From Saccostrea echinata (taxonomy: Eukaryota), in NCBI RefSeq assembly GCF_033153115.1, contig NW_026889789.1, positions 7,130,001-7,194,000 on the forward strand: a DNA stretch of 64,000 nt, written 5' to 3'. The position numbers and the translations under genes were made by a program. The notes under the pieces were generated by a model. It did no database searches and was not told the DNA's origin. It saw only the letters and a list, made by a program, of their open reading frames with translations. How positions within the stretch are numbered: position 1 is the first letter of the stretch; each line of letters opens with the position of its first letter. Shown in pieces: positions 39,286 to 52,853 of this stretch.

Positions 39286-39699
39286 CGTCTGAAATTCAGA
39301 TGAAATGTATTCGTCAGGGGACTTGTAGATATTTGAGATTTCCTCTTGAAAGTTTTTAGCATAACATGATTCTAAATCGGTAAATATATGTCCCCGATGT
39401 TCTACTTGTGTGGCACATTTGGAACATACTGGACTTTGGCATTCTTCACAGAACATGTCCATATCTTTAGTTGGGTGGATCTTGCATTTTTTCACAGGAA
39501 TTGGTCGTTTTCGTTGCTGGTAAAGGACCACCTCATGGTTCTTGGTTTTTGGACTTCTCCGATGTTCATCTGTGCATTGTTTGCATAATCTGTGATGACA
39601 ATGGTTGCAATAGAACTCACAGTTTCTTTCGCATTTTTCAGTGTTACATACTAGAAAGTGTTGGGCCATTAGTGGAATATCCAATTTAGAAAATGCCAT
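39286..39699 (-). CDS. B-box-only exon of a TRIM paralog (138 codons to a phase-0 donor; 152 aa if unspliced, stop at 39241)
   Basis: tttcag|ATG acceptor as in 4935. Both B-boxes keep their Cys/His residues. Similarity to 4935-6653 stops at FQEEISNIY; ACG|GTATGT donor at 39285. Confidence 0.8.
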
Positions 39700-40699
39700 C
39701 TGAAACGATAAAAGTTTTTGTGTAGAAAATGTTTTTATAATACATGGGAAGATCTTTGCCTGTACAATTCCATATTTTTAAGTACACATTCATGTTTTAG
39801 GTACAAATTTAAATACCTTAAATATTTCCAGAGAACAAATAATGATTTTTTTTTATATATCTACTGGGGATATCCCAACAAATCTACATTATCAGTTGCA
39901 ACTAAAGGGGGCTACGAGGGTTGCATCCTCCTCTTTGTTTTTGGTTAAAAAAAGATGAGGTAAAAGAGAAAGAGAGTTGTTTATACATATGAATTATATT
40001 TTGATAATGATCTGACTTGTTCAGCTTTATTAAATCGTTCAATAATTCAAGTTTATCCCGAGTACAAATGGGATAGAAAAATAGGTTAATTTCTATGTCA
40101 ACATTTTCTTCCATAGGCTCTGCAATAATAAATAAGATGGTAAGAGGAAACAATTTTGAAAAATTAATGTATATTGGGCCTCTAAAACAAGAAAATACAA
40201 TGTATATATATGTATATATAGTAAATGAATAAAATGGGGAAAATCCAATTTAAAAACTATATGTGTATATTATGATCTGATTTTAGAGAGTAATTAAATG
40301 AAAGAAAATCATTATCATTTATTTGGTTTCAAGTCATCGTACATAAAACAAATACACATAATCCTTTGAAAGACATATTTTGGAAACATAAAATAACACA
40401 GATTTGTAAATAAATAAAATAATAAAATATTCAGGTAATCATATTTTTAGAAATGTAATTACTGTGACTAGATGATACGAGGATAACCCATTTAAGCTCG
40501 AAAGTTTATTTTCAATGGGGTCCTTTTTAAAATAATATAATTGATGCAATCTTTCATCATTAAAGCACTATATTATATTTGTCACGATAATTTTACGCAC
40601 TGTATTGCTTAAACTTCAAACATAGTTTTAGGTATGGCAACATTGATAATATCTAACAATAATAAAAAAAAAAGTTTTATAAACTAGTAGTAAAACATT

Positions 40700-40980
40700 C
40701 CATTTTCATGCTTTAAAATGCCATTTTGTAAGATAAAATTCTTATCTTGTTTCTTAAAGTACTATTTCCTTTAGTATATTTAATAGAAGATGGTAAAAAA
40801 TTCCACTCCTTAATGCCATTATATTGAAAAGTGTCTGCCTGGCAGGCCTTCATATGAGGTATAAAAATCCTTATTAGATGATGTTCTAGTATTGAGTGAA
40901 TTAAAGTTTTCACCTAGATAAGACGGTGTACAGATGTGGTAGATATTATACATATGATTTCTGATCTGTCTTACCCGTTT
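40700..40980 (-). mobile_element. Small degenerate LINE 3'-region fragment in the TRIM 5' UTR intron
   Basis: TFQYNGIKEWNFLPSSIK resembles the post-RT WNxLP motif also seen at about 35040. Confidence 0.5.
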
Positions 40981-42115
40981 TATATATATAAAAGAAAAAT
41001 CTTAAGATTTGCTAATTCTATTGTGAAATCAATAGAAATACATAATGCATGTATTTAATCTAATAATCAAAATATATATCGACACTGTTATAATTAAGCT
41101 TTCACTTTGTTGAATTGAAATTTATGTATATATAAAATAATGGTGTTAAAAATTCCTTCGATATTACAAATTGTGTTGCCATCATGTTTGTGTTCTACAT
41201 GCAGTAACTATGAGTAAAATATACCAATGCAATTATAAAATCTATGCATTTTCGTTAAACAAAATCTGTCTTTCAAATTGCCAAAATCCAGATGACTTAT
41301 TTATCTTAAACAAGGTTTTGCCCTGATCTCAGTGGGAGCCCCAAGGTGGCCCAAGGCCCCAAACGTCTGCCTTATCTGTACAAGCATTGTACTTTGGCGG
41401 ACTCCGCCATTTAAAGTAATATATTTTTACAATTCATGTTCATGAATTAAAGTTGTCATAGCGTGTGCCAGTTTCTTTATATAGCAAGTTTCTTTTATTT
41501 ATTGTTACTGTCTCACACGGTTTGGGTATGTTTTTATGTTAGCTGTGCCCGACCCATAAATTAAGGCAATCTTTTGTTAGGTAGACGATCCTTACAATCA
41601 GGTTTGTCCTTGAACAAAATGTTTTATGTTCACAATCATAAAAAATAGATCTAAGTATAACCCAGTCTCGCTTTATGAAAACAAATATAACAGAAAGTAT
41701 AAGTAATAAAACTTTATGTATATAAGTTTAGAAAAAAATAAGACCGGATACGTAAACCGTTGTGACAATCGAACATAAAAAAATCACAACAATAAAGTTA
41801 AATTGAGTAAACAAAAGAGTTATCGTTTTTACCATTAATACATTAACCATGTTAAAATAGAATGTAAATGGATTCAGAAATCAGGGCTTTATAATCGTCT
41901 GAATAGATTTATGCAAAAAAGAAAAGAATTTGGTTGTGACATTACCGTTGCTTTGACAACAATAAACTATTATTTGTAAATTATGCAAACACACGTTATG
42001 CTACAGAAAAAAAATATGCTACACTCTACCTCGTTTCAATTTTTTTTGGATACGCACCACATCTTAATTTATTTAAAAAAAAAAATATTTCAATCATAAT
42101 TGAAATGTTTTTCAT

Positions 42116-42192
42116 ACTTACAGCTTTTTATGAACTGTTGACAGATTTTGGAATTTCAAAATCGATAATTATCAAAGTATAATTTACTTCCT
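42116..42192 (-). promoter_or_regulatory. Non-coding first-exon donor and ETS-like motif of the minus-strand B-box gene
   Basis: The minus strand reads aaaagct|GTAAGTATGAAAAAC (GT at 42121-42120), matching aagct|gtaagtataaaaac at 50943. AGGAAGTAAATT lies 60-70 bp upstream, similar to copy 1. Confidence 0.55.
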
Positions 42193-42944
42193 TGTTGTAG
42201 GTAAATTTACATTTAAATAGATACGGGTCATTACTAATGTATGCTAACATTCTTAGGTCTCCAACCTATTTTTTTTTCAAAGCAGTTTTGGTTTTTTGCG
42301 AATACAGTGATATGTCAACTAGTTATTCAAATAAAAAAATAAGGGAGTACAATTTGGGAATTACTAATTATTAGCATTATAAATAATTTATTTAGTTCCT
42401 AGAAACAGACTTGAGCAATCATTTAAGGAACAGTTTTTTGTCTTTAAATTTTGTTTTAGGAATAACTGCAATATACATGTACATGTATGTGGTTTACGAA
42501 AATCATACTTATATATTTTTTTAAGTTAATTATATGTGTGATCGCAAAAACATCACGAATATTAGCATTGAAGTATGCAAACAAAAAAAATAAAAAGAAA
42601 TTCCTTAAGTGTTATAATTGAACGAGCATAATCTCAAAGGCATCGTTTCGTAGGTGATCCTAGTTCAAATCGATGCATAAAAAATGATGCTGTAGAATTT
42701 TTTTTTTAAATTTCCTGAATAGGATGAAAAAACACCGATTGTTCGGTTGCTGTTTTGGCATGCATTTTCATTGTTGTATTATTCCTTCTTAATTCCTGTG
42801 AGCTTTTCTGGTTTTTCGTTGTCCGCCGTCTGCCTGTCTTTCCCGTTCAACTACTTGTACAATTTCATCCAAAGGTGGCATAGTCATCCAGGTGTAAGGG
42901 ATTCATTTTTAAATGAAGGGTTTTTAGTGTACCATCTTTTGCCA

Positions 42945-43581
42945 AATTATTTCGTTAAAAGCATTCTGATTGTACACACAAGTACTCTAAAGTTGACATT
43001 AAAAAGATGCTTGAGTTTCTGATTGACAGTATCGATGTGGTTGTTGAAGACCAGGTCTTCCAACAATCTATTGGAATACCCATGGGTACCCATTGCGCCC
43101 GGTTATTAGCAGACCTTTTTTATATTCATATGAAGCAGAATTTGTCCAAAATCTTATACATGAAAAGAAGAAAACACTTGCTGTGGCCTTCAACTCGACA
43201 TTTAGATATATTGACGACGTATTGTCAATTAACAATGGTTATTTCCATTCTTATGTCGATACGATAAATCCCGGTGAGCTTGAGATAAAAGATACCACAG
43301 AGTCTGACTCATCTGTTTCATATTTGGATATTTTACTTGAAAAAGACGTTAATGGTAATCTAACAACCAAGCTTTATGATAAATGTGATGACTTTAACTT
43401 TTCAATCGTCAACTTCCCTTAATTATGCAGCAATATACGTTCATCACCTGCATACGGGGTTTATATCTCTTAGTTAATTCGATACGCAAGAGCATGTCTA
43501 CGTATGTACAATTTCTAAAACGAGGTAAATTATTGACAAACAAGTTGATGAAACAAGAATATCAGCAGTCTCGTTTAAAGA
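42945..43581 (+). mobile_element. Penelope-like retroelement RT fragment, frameshifted
   Basis: QQSIGIPMGT, LADLF, YSYEAEF, FRYIDDVLSINN, YLDILL, KLYDKCDDFNFSIVNFP. Confidence 0.85.
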
Positions 43582-46225
43582 CAATGACTGATCATTTGTT
43601 TACGTTAAATTTACTAAAATATTCGAGATATAAACTATATTATCTGCGTTATAAAAGACCAAATAATAATTTTATCGATTTGAGGTTGGAGACCAAACCT
43701 AATATGTTTCAAATACCATCAATAGAAAATCCGTAAAATCTGTAAACACGGTAAAATAATAGCGACGATAGGAAGGGGTACTCGGCGAAGACGAAGAAAC
43801 TCGCCTTCAAAATACAATGTGATTTGTCATCAAACCTTTATTATTCACAAATTCAACATTGTAAAATCTTTTGTATTTTTTCTTTATGATAAAATATCAA
43901 TTTATGCAAATATATCTGCATATATTTTGCAAAGAATGGCGGTCTCGAATAATAATTTCCCTTTCACAAACATTACTGGATACAAATACATATCCAAATT
44001 TTTAACTAACAAACAAGGAAAGCACACTAATTTTTCAGATAGAAGTTGGTTTGGTAAAATAAAATAAATTTAAAACTCAGCTTTCACAAAGCATTAATTT
44101 TAATCAAGTTTAATTGTAAATAAGCGACTGAATTATATTCGATTTCAGAAGGACGCCGGGGGATAATTAGAATACATGTAACAATGTGTAATACCTGGAG
44201 AAGAGAAGGTGTCAGACGTGATATTTACAAATTACCTCTTCTTTTATAGTCATAGACTACAACTAAAATTCGAGAAACCAAGAAGTAATTTTTTGCAACT
44301 TTGTTCGTTCATTACCATCACTTTTTATTTACCTACTGACATGAAGCCACTATGTACATTCACTGTAGCCCTGTAATAGTACATGCATACTCGTACTTTC
44401 ATCTTTTATTCAATTATAATACTTAAAATTAAAACTAGTTCAAATTTCTGTAGTAACTGAAAAGCAGGTAAATAATTATGTTTTCAGCATTTTTCGTATT
44501 TTTTATTGCATTTGTCGTTTACAACTACGTTAATAGTGTACATATTCTTATCTCTCTATCACTGAATTGTCGCATATAACGTCAAAGCAGTATGGCGCAA
44601 AAATCATATTGAAATATGCATATCCCAGTATTTGAATTTCAACTCTAAATATCGCTGAAAATATGCTTGCAACACCATTTATTATGTTCAGTATTTTAAA
44701 GAACAAGGTTGTAGATAATATTTTTCATAAAATTACGATTTTTAAGAGCATGCGATAAGTCCTTTAACAAGTGCAGATTGGAATTTTCCAAATCAAAGAC
44801 CTTGGGGGAGGGGGAGGAGGAGGATGGAGCAACATAAGTCTTAAACTTGTAGTATATGAACAACAGTCTTAAACTTGTAGTATATGAACAACCCCGAATA
44901 AAAAACATTCTACACAGAAATACTTGTATAGATAACGTAAAAAAGAGGGATGCATATTACCAGCTGTATTTTTAATTGTTGGATTTTTTAAAGTATGTCA
45001 TTCCTCTATATAGCTATTTCTTTTGAAAGTTTAAAACAATGACATATAGGCCTAAATAAAAATAAATAAAAACATGTGGTATAATACAGGAGAGTTATCA
45101 ACAAATCACACTATTCTCCTCCACCACCCACTGTGTGTACTTTTGGTAATAATCAAGGATGTGCATGCGTGACCTTTTCATACAGAGATTCCTCCCTGCT
45201 GGTTCTGGAACGAAAGACACCTGTACGCTAATCGATTTTTCGTGGTTTTTCTTTTGACATCAAAACATTCTTGTTCGCGGTATATATACTCAGCTGTAAT
45301 GTATATTGTATGTAATGTCGTAACAATTTCTATCTTAATCTTATCATTTGTATATCGGTATAGACAAAACACAAATGCACTGCATATATATGAACTTTAT
45401 TACAAACACACAATATCTACTAAAAAATTGTTCTCGACTACCCCGTAATCGTCGGCTGTTTTGCGCTTTATATATCGCTGGTTTCACAGTTAAACTTCAG
45501 TCTGAGGTGGTTAAGCATATTAGTTGTCCTACCAATGTATGTTAATTCCATTTCACATAATTAACACCTCACGGATTTAAATTCAGTCATTTTTTAAAAA
45601 AATATATAACTCCATGCTTTCGATGCATCTTCTTTTATCTTGTACTGTGGACTAGCACAGGTTTATGTTAGGTAATTATAGTTAAATCAAGCCTTCAAAA
45701 CTTTATACCACTTGGCAATCAAAGCCATCAGTTAGATAAACTGTGAAATACTAATCAAAACAAATCGATCGCATTTGTAAAACGCTAGGTCTTACTCGAC
45801 TAGACTAACGTTAAATAATAGTAAATAAAATGGGGACATTACAAACAAAAATACATTTATTCTTATTGATTTACTTTATAAAATTCAATATACTCGTATA
45901 TCCGAGTAACCGAGTAGCAGTTTAACTAACCGATACTCGCATCGTTTGACGATTAACCGGTTAACCGGGTACTCGTTGACAAAACTAATTGAAACGCATA
46001 TCTCACTTTTTGATATATGTATGTAACAAAGTACATGTAGTCTTAACTTTTGAACAACGTGTGGTGATTTCATAAAAACTCCATGAAAATATAGAAAAAT
46101 ATACATTCATTTTACTTATGTGAATTAAAGTTTAATTTATGTTGTTTTTAATGTATCTGCGGTAATCTATTTTGAATAGTTAAAATGCATATAAAGGAGT
46201 TAAGAAAATTTAAAATTATAAAATA

Positions 46226-46559
46226 CAGGCACGAAGTATCGTTTTTGAAAGCGGGGGGTTAGTGGGGGGGGGGGGGGGGGCAGTCAGATTTTTTTTGACA
46301 ACCTACCTGAAAAAACCTTGACAAGCAAAAAAATAGGGTAAAGTGTCCAAACTCGAAAATCCTATTTCGTGGGGGAGGAGGGTTCCACCTTCCACTTTCT
46401 TTTCGAAACACATAATACCAAATTGCTTTGATTTAGACTATCCTATAACAAAGGGAGGGGGGGGGCAACCAACTTTTCAGTGGAAATTTACAATAGAAGT
46501 TGGTTTTGTTTAGAAAAAAGTGGGGGGGGGGGCAGACCCCTCCTGATGCTATGTGCCTG
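46226..46559. mobile_element. MITE with CAGGCAC termini and 5-bp TSD
   Basis: CAGGCACGAAGTATC / GATGCTATGTGCCTG; AAATA at 46221-46225 and 46560-46564; G-run-rich interior. Confidence 0.7.
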
Positions 46560-48599
46560 AAATATTTTCTAAGAATTTAAGGGTACGTACAATAGTCTAT
46601 CGAAATCAGGATTGCAATTCAACTGAACTGTAACGATATTGTAAGACCAAATTCAAGATGACATACAAGATGAACTTAATTAGCTGGGACTTGGCTACAC
46701 ATGCATATTTATTTTCAATGCAGATTTTTACAATAATAAATTTGCACACGGTAAGAAAACAAAGATTTCTTGAGGTTTATATTCATCATGTTTTCTTATA
46801 TTTATTCGTAGTCATGCTCGAAGTAAAACAAGACCTGGTTGATGCCATTGATACACATGTACAATATTGCTATAAAGCAAACTTTTTAATTACTAGAACT
46901 TGTACATGTTTACGTACAAAATACAAATTGCATAGATTAGGTTTTTTAACTCATAATCTGAATTTTCAAAAACGTTAGATATGCACATGAATAGTCTTTT
47001 AAAAAGTGGATTTTGTATCAAATATGTTCCTTGAATGTTATTGAAGATTATTTTCATTTTATAATTATACAGTCATTTTCTCTTTATAATGACTATAGAG
47101 TTGGGTAAAAAAGTGTTATTACAAAAACTTAGTGTTCGGAAAATAATTAAAATTTTGTGCATACAAATTCGAAATGTAAAGAGAAATTGTTATCTTGGAA
47201 AATATTTGTCAAACCTCGAACTCCATAAAGAACATGATTTATTTGCATTATTTAAGAGTGACAAAACACATTCTATGTTCTTTCTATTTATTATAATATC
47301 CATTCCCATTTTCTTATTAGTAACATTGTATGTAGATGTATTTAGTAATTCACTATGTTTTAAAATTTCTGATGTGTCATTATGGTCCAACGATTTGAAA
47401 CTTTAATAAATACATAGATTCAGATGTTGCGACTCAATCAATCCACGAACCAGATCCGTCACTGATGATATGTTTTATCATTTGAGTAGAGTTTTGTTAT
47501 TTCATTTGGACAAATTTTAAGTAATAAACATACTAAAGCACATAGAGTATATATATATTTCCCTTTATCTGGTCCTATTTCTTAAAAGTGAAAACATTTA
47601 CCAAGTAATCGCCATTATGAATGAGGGTAACGCTTACCCTTAGGTGTTTTTTATCGAGTTGTTTATGACTGAAAATATGCGATATCATGGAAGGAGTTCA
47701 TAATAGTGTAGGCTACAGATATCCAACTAAAATTGACATCCTCATATTTTATAAGTAAAGACACACGTATAATTAGAAATAAAATATTTTTTATGTTTGA
47801 CTTTAAAAACATACTCTGTATATCTAAGGCCAGGTAATCCCCACTTTTTAATCTTTTTGAAAATAAAAAATATATCCAACCAACTGAATAATTTCCTATT
47901 CCTAAATGAAAAAAATCTGCCCAAATGAATTCATAATTAGTACAAATGAGAAGTACCAAAATAAGTTATAATCAGAAATAATTCTGCCATCAATTTCATG
48001 AAGAATCCACTTTATTAATCGTTTTATTATGCATGTGTTAATTTTATTTTATACAAGTACTTTCCGTTAAAGTTGTATCTATCAGTTAGAGAATCTTAAA
48101 AGGCCATAGAGCGTATATTTAAAAAATAACTAAATAATTCTATCAATTTTTAAAGCAAGATCTGTTTATCGTTAGGAATTTAGAGTTTGCTGTGTATTAC
48201 TTTTAGTTCGGAGTCGAGTGCATCATATGCAATGGTACTTTTTCCCCCGCATTATAACACACAAACATGCGATTCCTTTCTTGCCATTATTTATGCCCGG
48301 CATCATATAATACCACCATATTTTGGTAGAATCTCGGTCAATGTAAGAAAAAAAAAGATATCTCAGAACAACTTTTAATTTTTTTTTCACACAGTTCACA
48401 AGAAAACACTCCATTTGTTCGATTGGATTAGCTAGAAATCGGATCGAGTTTAAGCAAAGAAATAGAGAAGCAAACAAATATGCATATCATGGTCAACGCC
48501 ATTTTCTCTCGATTACATCCAGCTTTCATGAAGAGATAAAGAGTACAGAAAACCAAGAACCCAATGAATATTCTATGTGCATAATAACGATGTGCGCAG

Positions 48600-48872
48600 C
48601 TGTATGCGCAGTAAAATTGTTTGTGTAATTTTTAGTTTCCTCTGCTCGTGCAGTTTTTGATTTTACGTTTGTGCATTTTATACCCCTTAATCGTGTAAAA
48701 AAATTCAGATTCGTGTATTTTTCGTTATGTTTGTGTAAAAATCTTTCAAACTGTGTGCAATTTTTACCGATACGTGCATTTTTATTTTACTCGTGTATAT
48801 TTTTCATCAACCTCGTGTATAAAATCATGATCGTTGTGCAGAAAATAATTTTGGTGCAATCGGCGTGCCATA
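48600..48872. repeat. Degenerate minisatellite of about 21 bp (cgtgta/tgtgca cores), probably a DNA-transposon subterminal array
   Basis: About a dozen regularly spaced (c/t)gtg(t/c)a cores ending in ggcgtgccata. Confidence 0.45.
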
Positions 48873-50446
48873 CATTAGAGCTAAGACGAGGCAACAGTAT
48901 GTTATCAAATTTTGTCATGGGAATAAAAAGTAGAAAATATTTTTTAAAAAATCTTCCAAGCTATAAGGTCAATGTTGCTTTTTAAGCAGTTAAGTGTTAA
49001 AAAGTATAATTTAATACTTTATAGTAATAGCATGAGATTACTGAATTATTAATTTATTGATTGATTTAGTTTGGAGCTCCTACATGATTATTGCTAGCGC
49101 TCTCGAGCGCTAGCAACTACGTTAGTCTATATTTCTGGAATACGCATGCTCGACTTCACGGTCGGGCATTCTGGGAAAACTACTGTAGATAGACTGTGCA
49201 ATAACAATTTCGTTTTGTCATACAAATATAGATATGATCAGAATTTACACTAGCCTTTCCTGTCTGGTATGTGCGATATACATTTCTTACGTTAGAGACA
49301 GGCAATACCAGTCTAGATCCGGATTCTGATTTTTTTTTTAATTTATTGTCTAACCTACACATAAAAGTACAAGAAAAACTTAGGTCATATAATGCCAAGA
49401 TTCTAGACATCTAGCTTTCCTCACAATTACACCACCTTCCTGGATAATTTCGGCAAGCTCGGAAAAAAAAACAACAACAAAAATCTTTTTCAGAGTATGT
49501 CAGAAAGACATGTCAATTTAATGTTTATCATCTGAAAATACATATGATCTGAAGTTTCGTGTTTTGTTGTCTAACCTGAACGTAAATGAACAAAAAGTAA
49601 CAGTAACTTGGGTCTTATAAAACCAACTGTTATTTCTAAAGTTGTAATGAATACATAGCTTTTCTAATCTACCTTCATGGATCTTTCCGGCAAGCTCGGT
49701 AAACCGCGGCAACCTCGGATATGTTTTCCGAGCTTGCCGGAAAGGCCCGAAAGTGCTCATTGGTTCTACTGACCTTTTATTTTTCACCTCGAAATTGAAA
49801 TTACAGTAAAATACAGAATGCTTAAAGCACAGTAAGGAGTTATGCCATTGCCGACGTGAAGCACACTCTAAGATTCACCATTCTGAATTGTGACACCCCC
49901 CCCCCACACACACACACACAAACTCAACCCCCAGTGCACCAATCTGCCTTCCTATTAATAATTAATCGATTCAGCAAATTTAACAAATGGTTCAGATATC
50001 TTAATTCTTCTGTATTTTATTATGCCACAGCGCTAGCTCACCAATCTTTTTAAAAGATAAGCTTGTATAGTGGACATACACCAGTAAAATTATCGGCCAT
50101 GATGTAACCATCCAGTGCCCCTTTCCCGCGAATCCCATGGTTCTAAATTATTTGCGATTTTTGAAATCAGTTCAAAATAAATATGATATAACTTGTATCA
50201 TTAATTTTTACAGACAATTTGTGTTGTATGATTTGGAAACAAAATGAACAAATCAAAATAATTTGAAAAATCGACATTCCTTACGCAGATATATGCCATT
50301 CACACACATGAAAGTAATTGCAAATCATATCCGTTCTTCTCTGGTCCGATATTCAAATAAACCATAATATAAAGAGACTATACGGATTATTATTTATCAG
50401 AAACCATTTCTTTTAATTCTTGAAATTGACAATTTTAAGAACCCAA

Positions 50447-50706
50447 GTTTTTTCCCCTCATATAGAGACGCCATCACTTGTCGGTGGAGTGCTACAAATG
50501 CAGACTTATACTCGGCACTCAGGGCCATTGAGCAATGAGAGATCTTTTTCGTGCCAGCACCTACTGCGACACGGATCTCATTTAAAACGATCTCATCCGA
50601 AGTTTCCACTTCCAATAGTGGGATTCGAACCTGCGACGTAAGGATCAACTCCTTACTCTGCGACTCTAGGGCAGATGCTCTAACCACTGTGCCACGCATG
50701 CGACTC
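50447..50706 (-). mobile_element. tRNA-derived SINE family A, older copy lacking the tail
   Basis: Homologous to 32895-33195; agaacccaa flanks both sides (50438-50446, 50707-50715). Confidence 0.85.
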
Positions 50707-51622
50707 AGAACCCAAATAAAACGCTTTAATCTGACATTTTTGACATCTATATATTTTACTAAATTGCGCTAAATGTTTTTGGGAAAAGAGGTACAGGTCT
50801 TTGCATGTAAACTTATTGTAGTCTTGATCCTTTATAGATCAATGTTTATCTCAAATCTGGAACTTAAGTACTGTTATCGCATTCAAATCTTACATTATGA
50901 AGTTCAATTATAGGCCATTTAGGACTAAGTAACCTGTAAGCTGTAAGTATAAAAACAAGACACTGAGCTTATTTTTTTCCTCATAAATTATTGAATCAGC
51001 TATGATTTTAAAACATGCTTGGATTGGTCACCTGTACAGTACTTGCGTTTAGAGATAGGCTAAATTAAGTTCTTAGGAAAGATTAAAGTCAGCTTAATCA
51101 ATATGAGGATGTGTCTTTAAAATATGGAATTCTTTCTGTGGATCTATATCTTACTCATGCAACATAGAACACAGTTATTCATTTTTCTCCTTTTTGTTAA
51201 ATAACAAAGATTCATTTTTCAGAATGCATTATCAAAAAGGCTTTTCCTGACAGAGCCCAACACTGTTTAGAGTGCAGCATTGAGGAATGTGAAAGAAATT
51301 GTGAGTTCTATTGCAATCCTTTTCCTCAAATGTTGTGCAAACAATGCAAAGTAAAAAAAAAAAACAAGAACCATGAGGTAGTACTTTACCAGCAAAGTAA
51401 ACGACAACTTCCTGTATAGAAATGCAAGATCCATCCCATTAAAGCTAAAGACATGCTCTGAGAAACATGCCCAATAAATTCTAAATGTGCCACACAGGGA
51501 GATCATCGGGGGCATATATTTACTGATCTACAAACAATTTATGCAGAAAAATATGCAGTCTTTCAGGAAGAAATTAGAAAAATCCATGAATACGTTTTCT
51601 CTACATTACAAGATTAACAAGA

Positions 51623-51625
<3 letters not shown>

Positions 51626-51704
<79 letters not shown>
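51626..51704. repeat. (TA)n microsatellite inside the pseudogene coding exon
   Basis: About 40 TA units where the intact paralog reads agaattaaaaaagatt. Confidence 0.97.
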
Positions 51705-51708
<4 letters not shown>

Positions 51709-52853
51709 ATTCCTCAGAAATCAAACACATCATGGGCAACATCAGAACATCCATGAAGACAGAAGATGAGACCCTGAAAAGTCTGGTGGACACAGTCATA
51801 TCTGAGAACATAAAGCAGTTAGACCAGATAGAGCATTCACCGTTAGAAGATCTAAACATTCAAGGCAAGACAATGGATGATTACACCACTTATCTTAATA
51901 ACCTTGTCAAAGAGCTCCACAGATGCCTGTCCTCTACAGAACCCCAGAAATTAATGTCTGAGAAGAAGCCAAAGATTCGATCCATACCACAGACAACAAA
52001 ACCAGTCACAGCAGAATTTACTGCTGGTCAATACAGCAAAAGTGATGTCACTAATTCAGAGAAGAGAGAAATAAGGCCCATTCAAACTGTCTACAATACA
52101 GCAATGAAACCTACACATAAACAGATAAAGGAGATAGAAAGAAATCTGACAAGAAACAAACATTGTCTCTATCTGCCTCTGTCACCAAGGTCAGGGAGTT
52201 CAATGTTATAGGTGTTGATGAGGTATACCATGTATCACTAGATCAATCAGACAGACTCTGGATCAGTGACAGTGATGGTAATCTTGTCCAAATAGATCTA
52301 CAGGGGAATGTGATACAGAAGATAAAAACCAGTGGTGGATCTGAAGGTTACCACACAGTGACACGGGATGGGGATTTGATCTTCACAGACACAGATAAGA
52401 AAGTAATCCATAGGATAACACAGGATAATAATATCACTGAATTCATTAAAACTGGAGACTGGAAACCACACAGCATACACTCCTCCCACATCAACGGGGA
52501 CTTACTGGTGGTTATGTTAGGTAAAGTCACCAGGTACAATAAGACAGGAAAAGAACTACAGAACATACAGAGGGATAACAAAGGACAAGAACTGTATAGA
52601 CTACCACACTACATCACAGAAAACATCAATGGAGATATCTGTACATCAGACTATGGTAATGGAGTAGTGGTGGTAAATAAATCAGGACAACACAGGTTTT
52701 CCTACACAGGTCAAGAGTCAGTGTTCTATCCCTATGGAACCTGGACTGATGTCCTCGGTCACATCCTAGTAAGTGATCATTACAGTAACACTGTTCACCT
52801 CCTTTATCAGGACGGTCAGCTCTTGTCTCTATTACTCACACGACAACAAGAGG

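Noticed and set aside
45885-45990. hAT-like terminus with 8-bp subrepeats (taaccgag/taaccggt)
   Set aside because: Only one end is visible, with no partner TIR or TSD.
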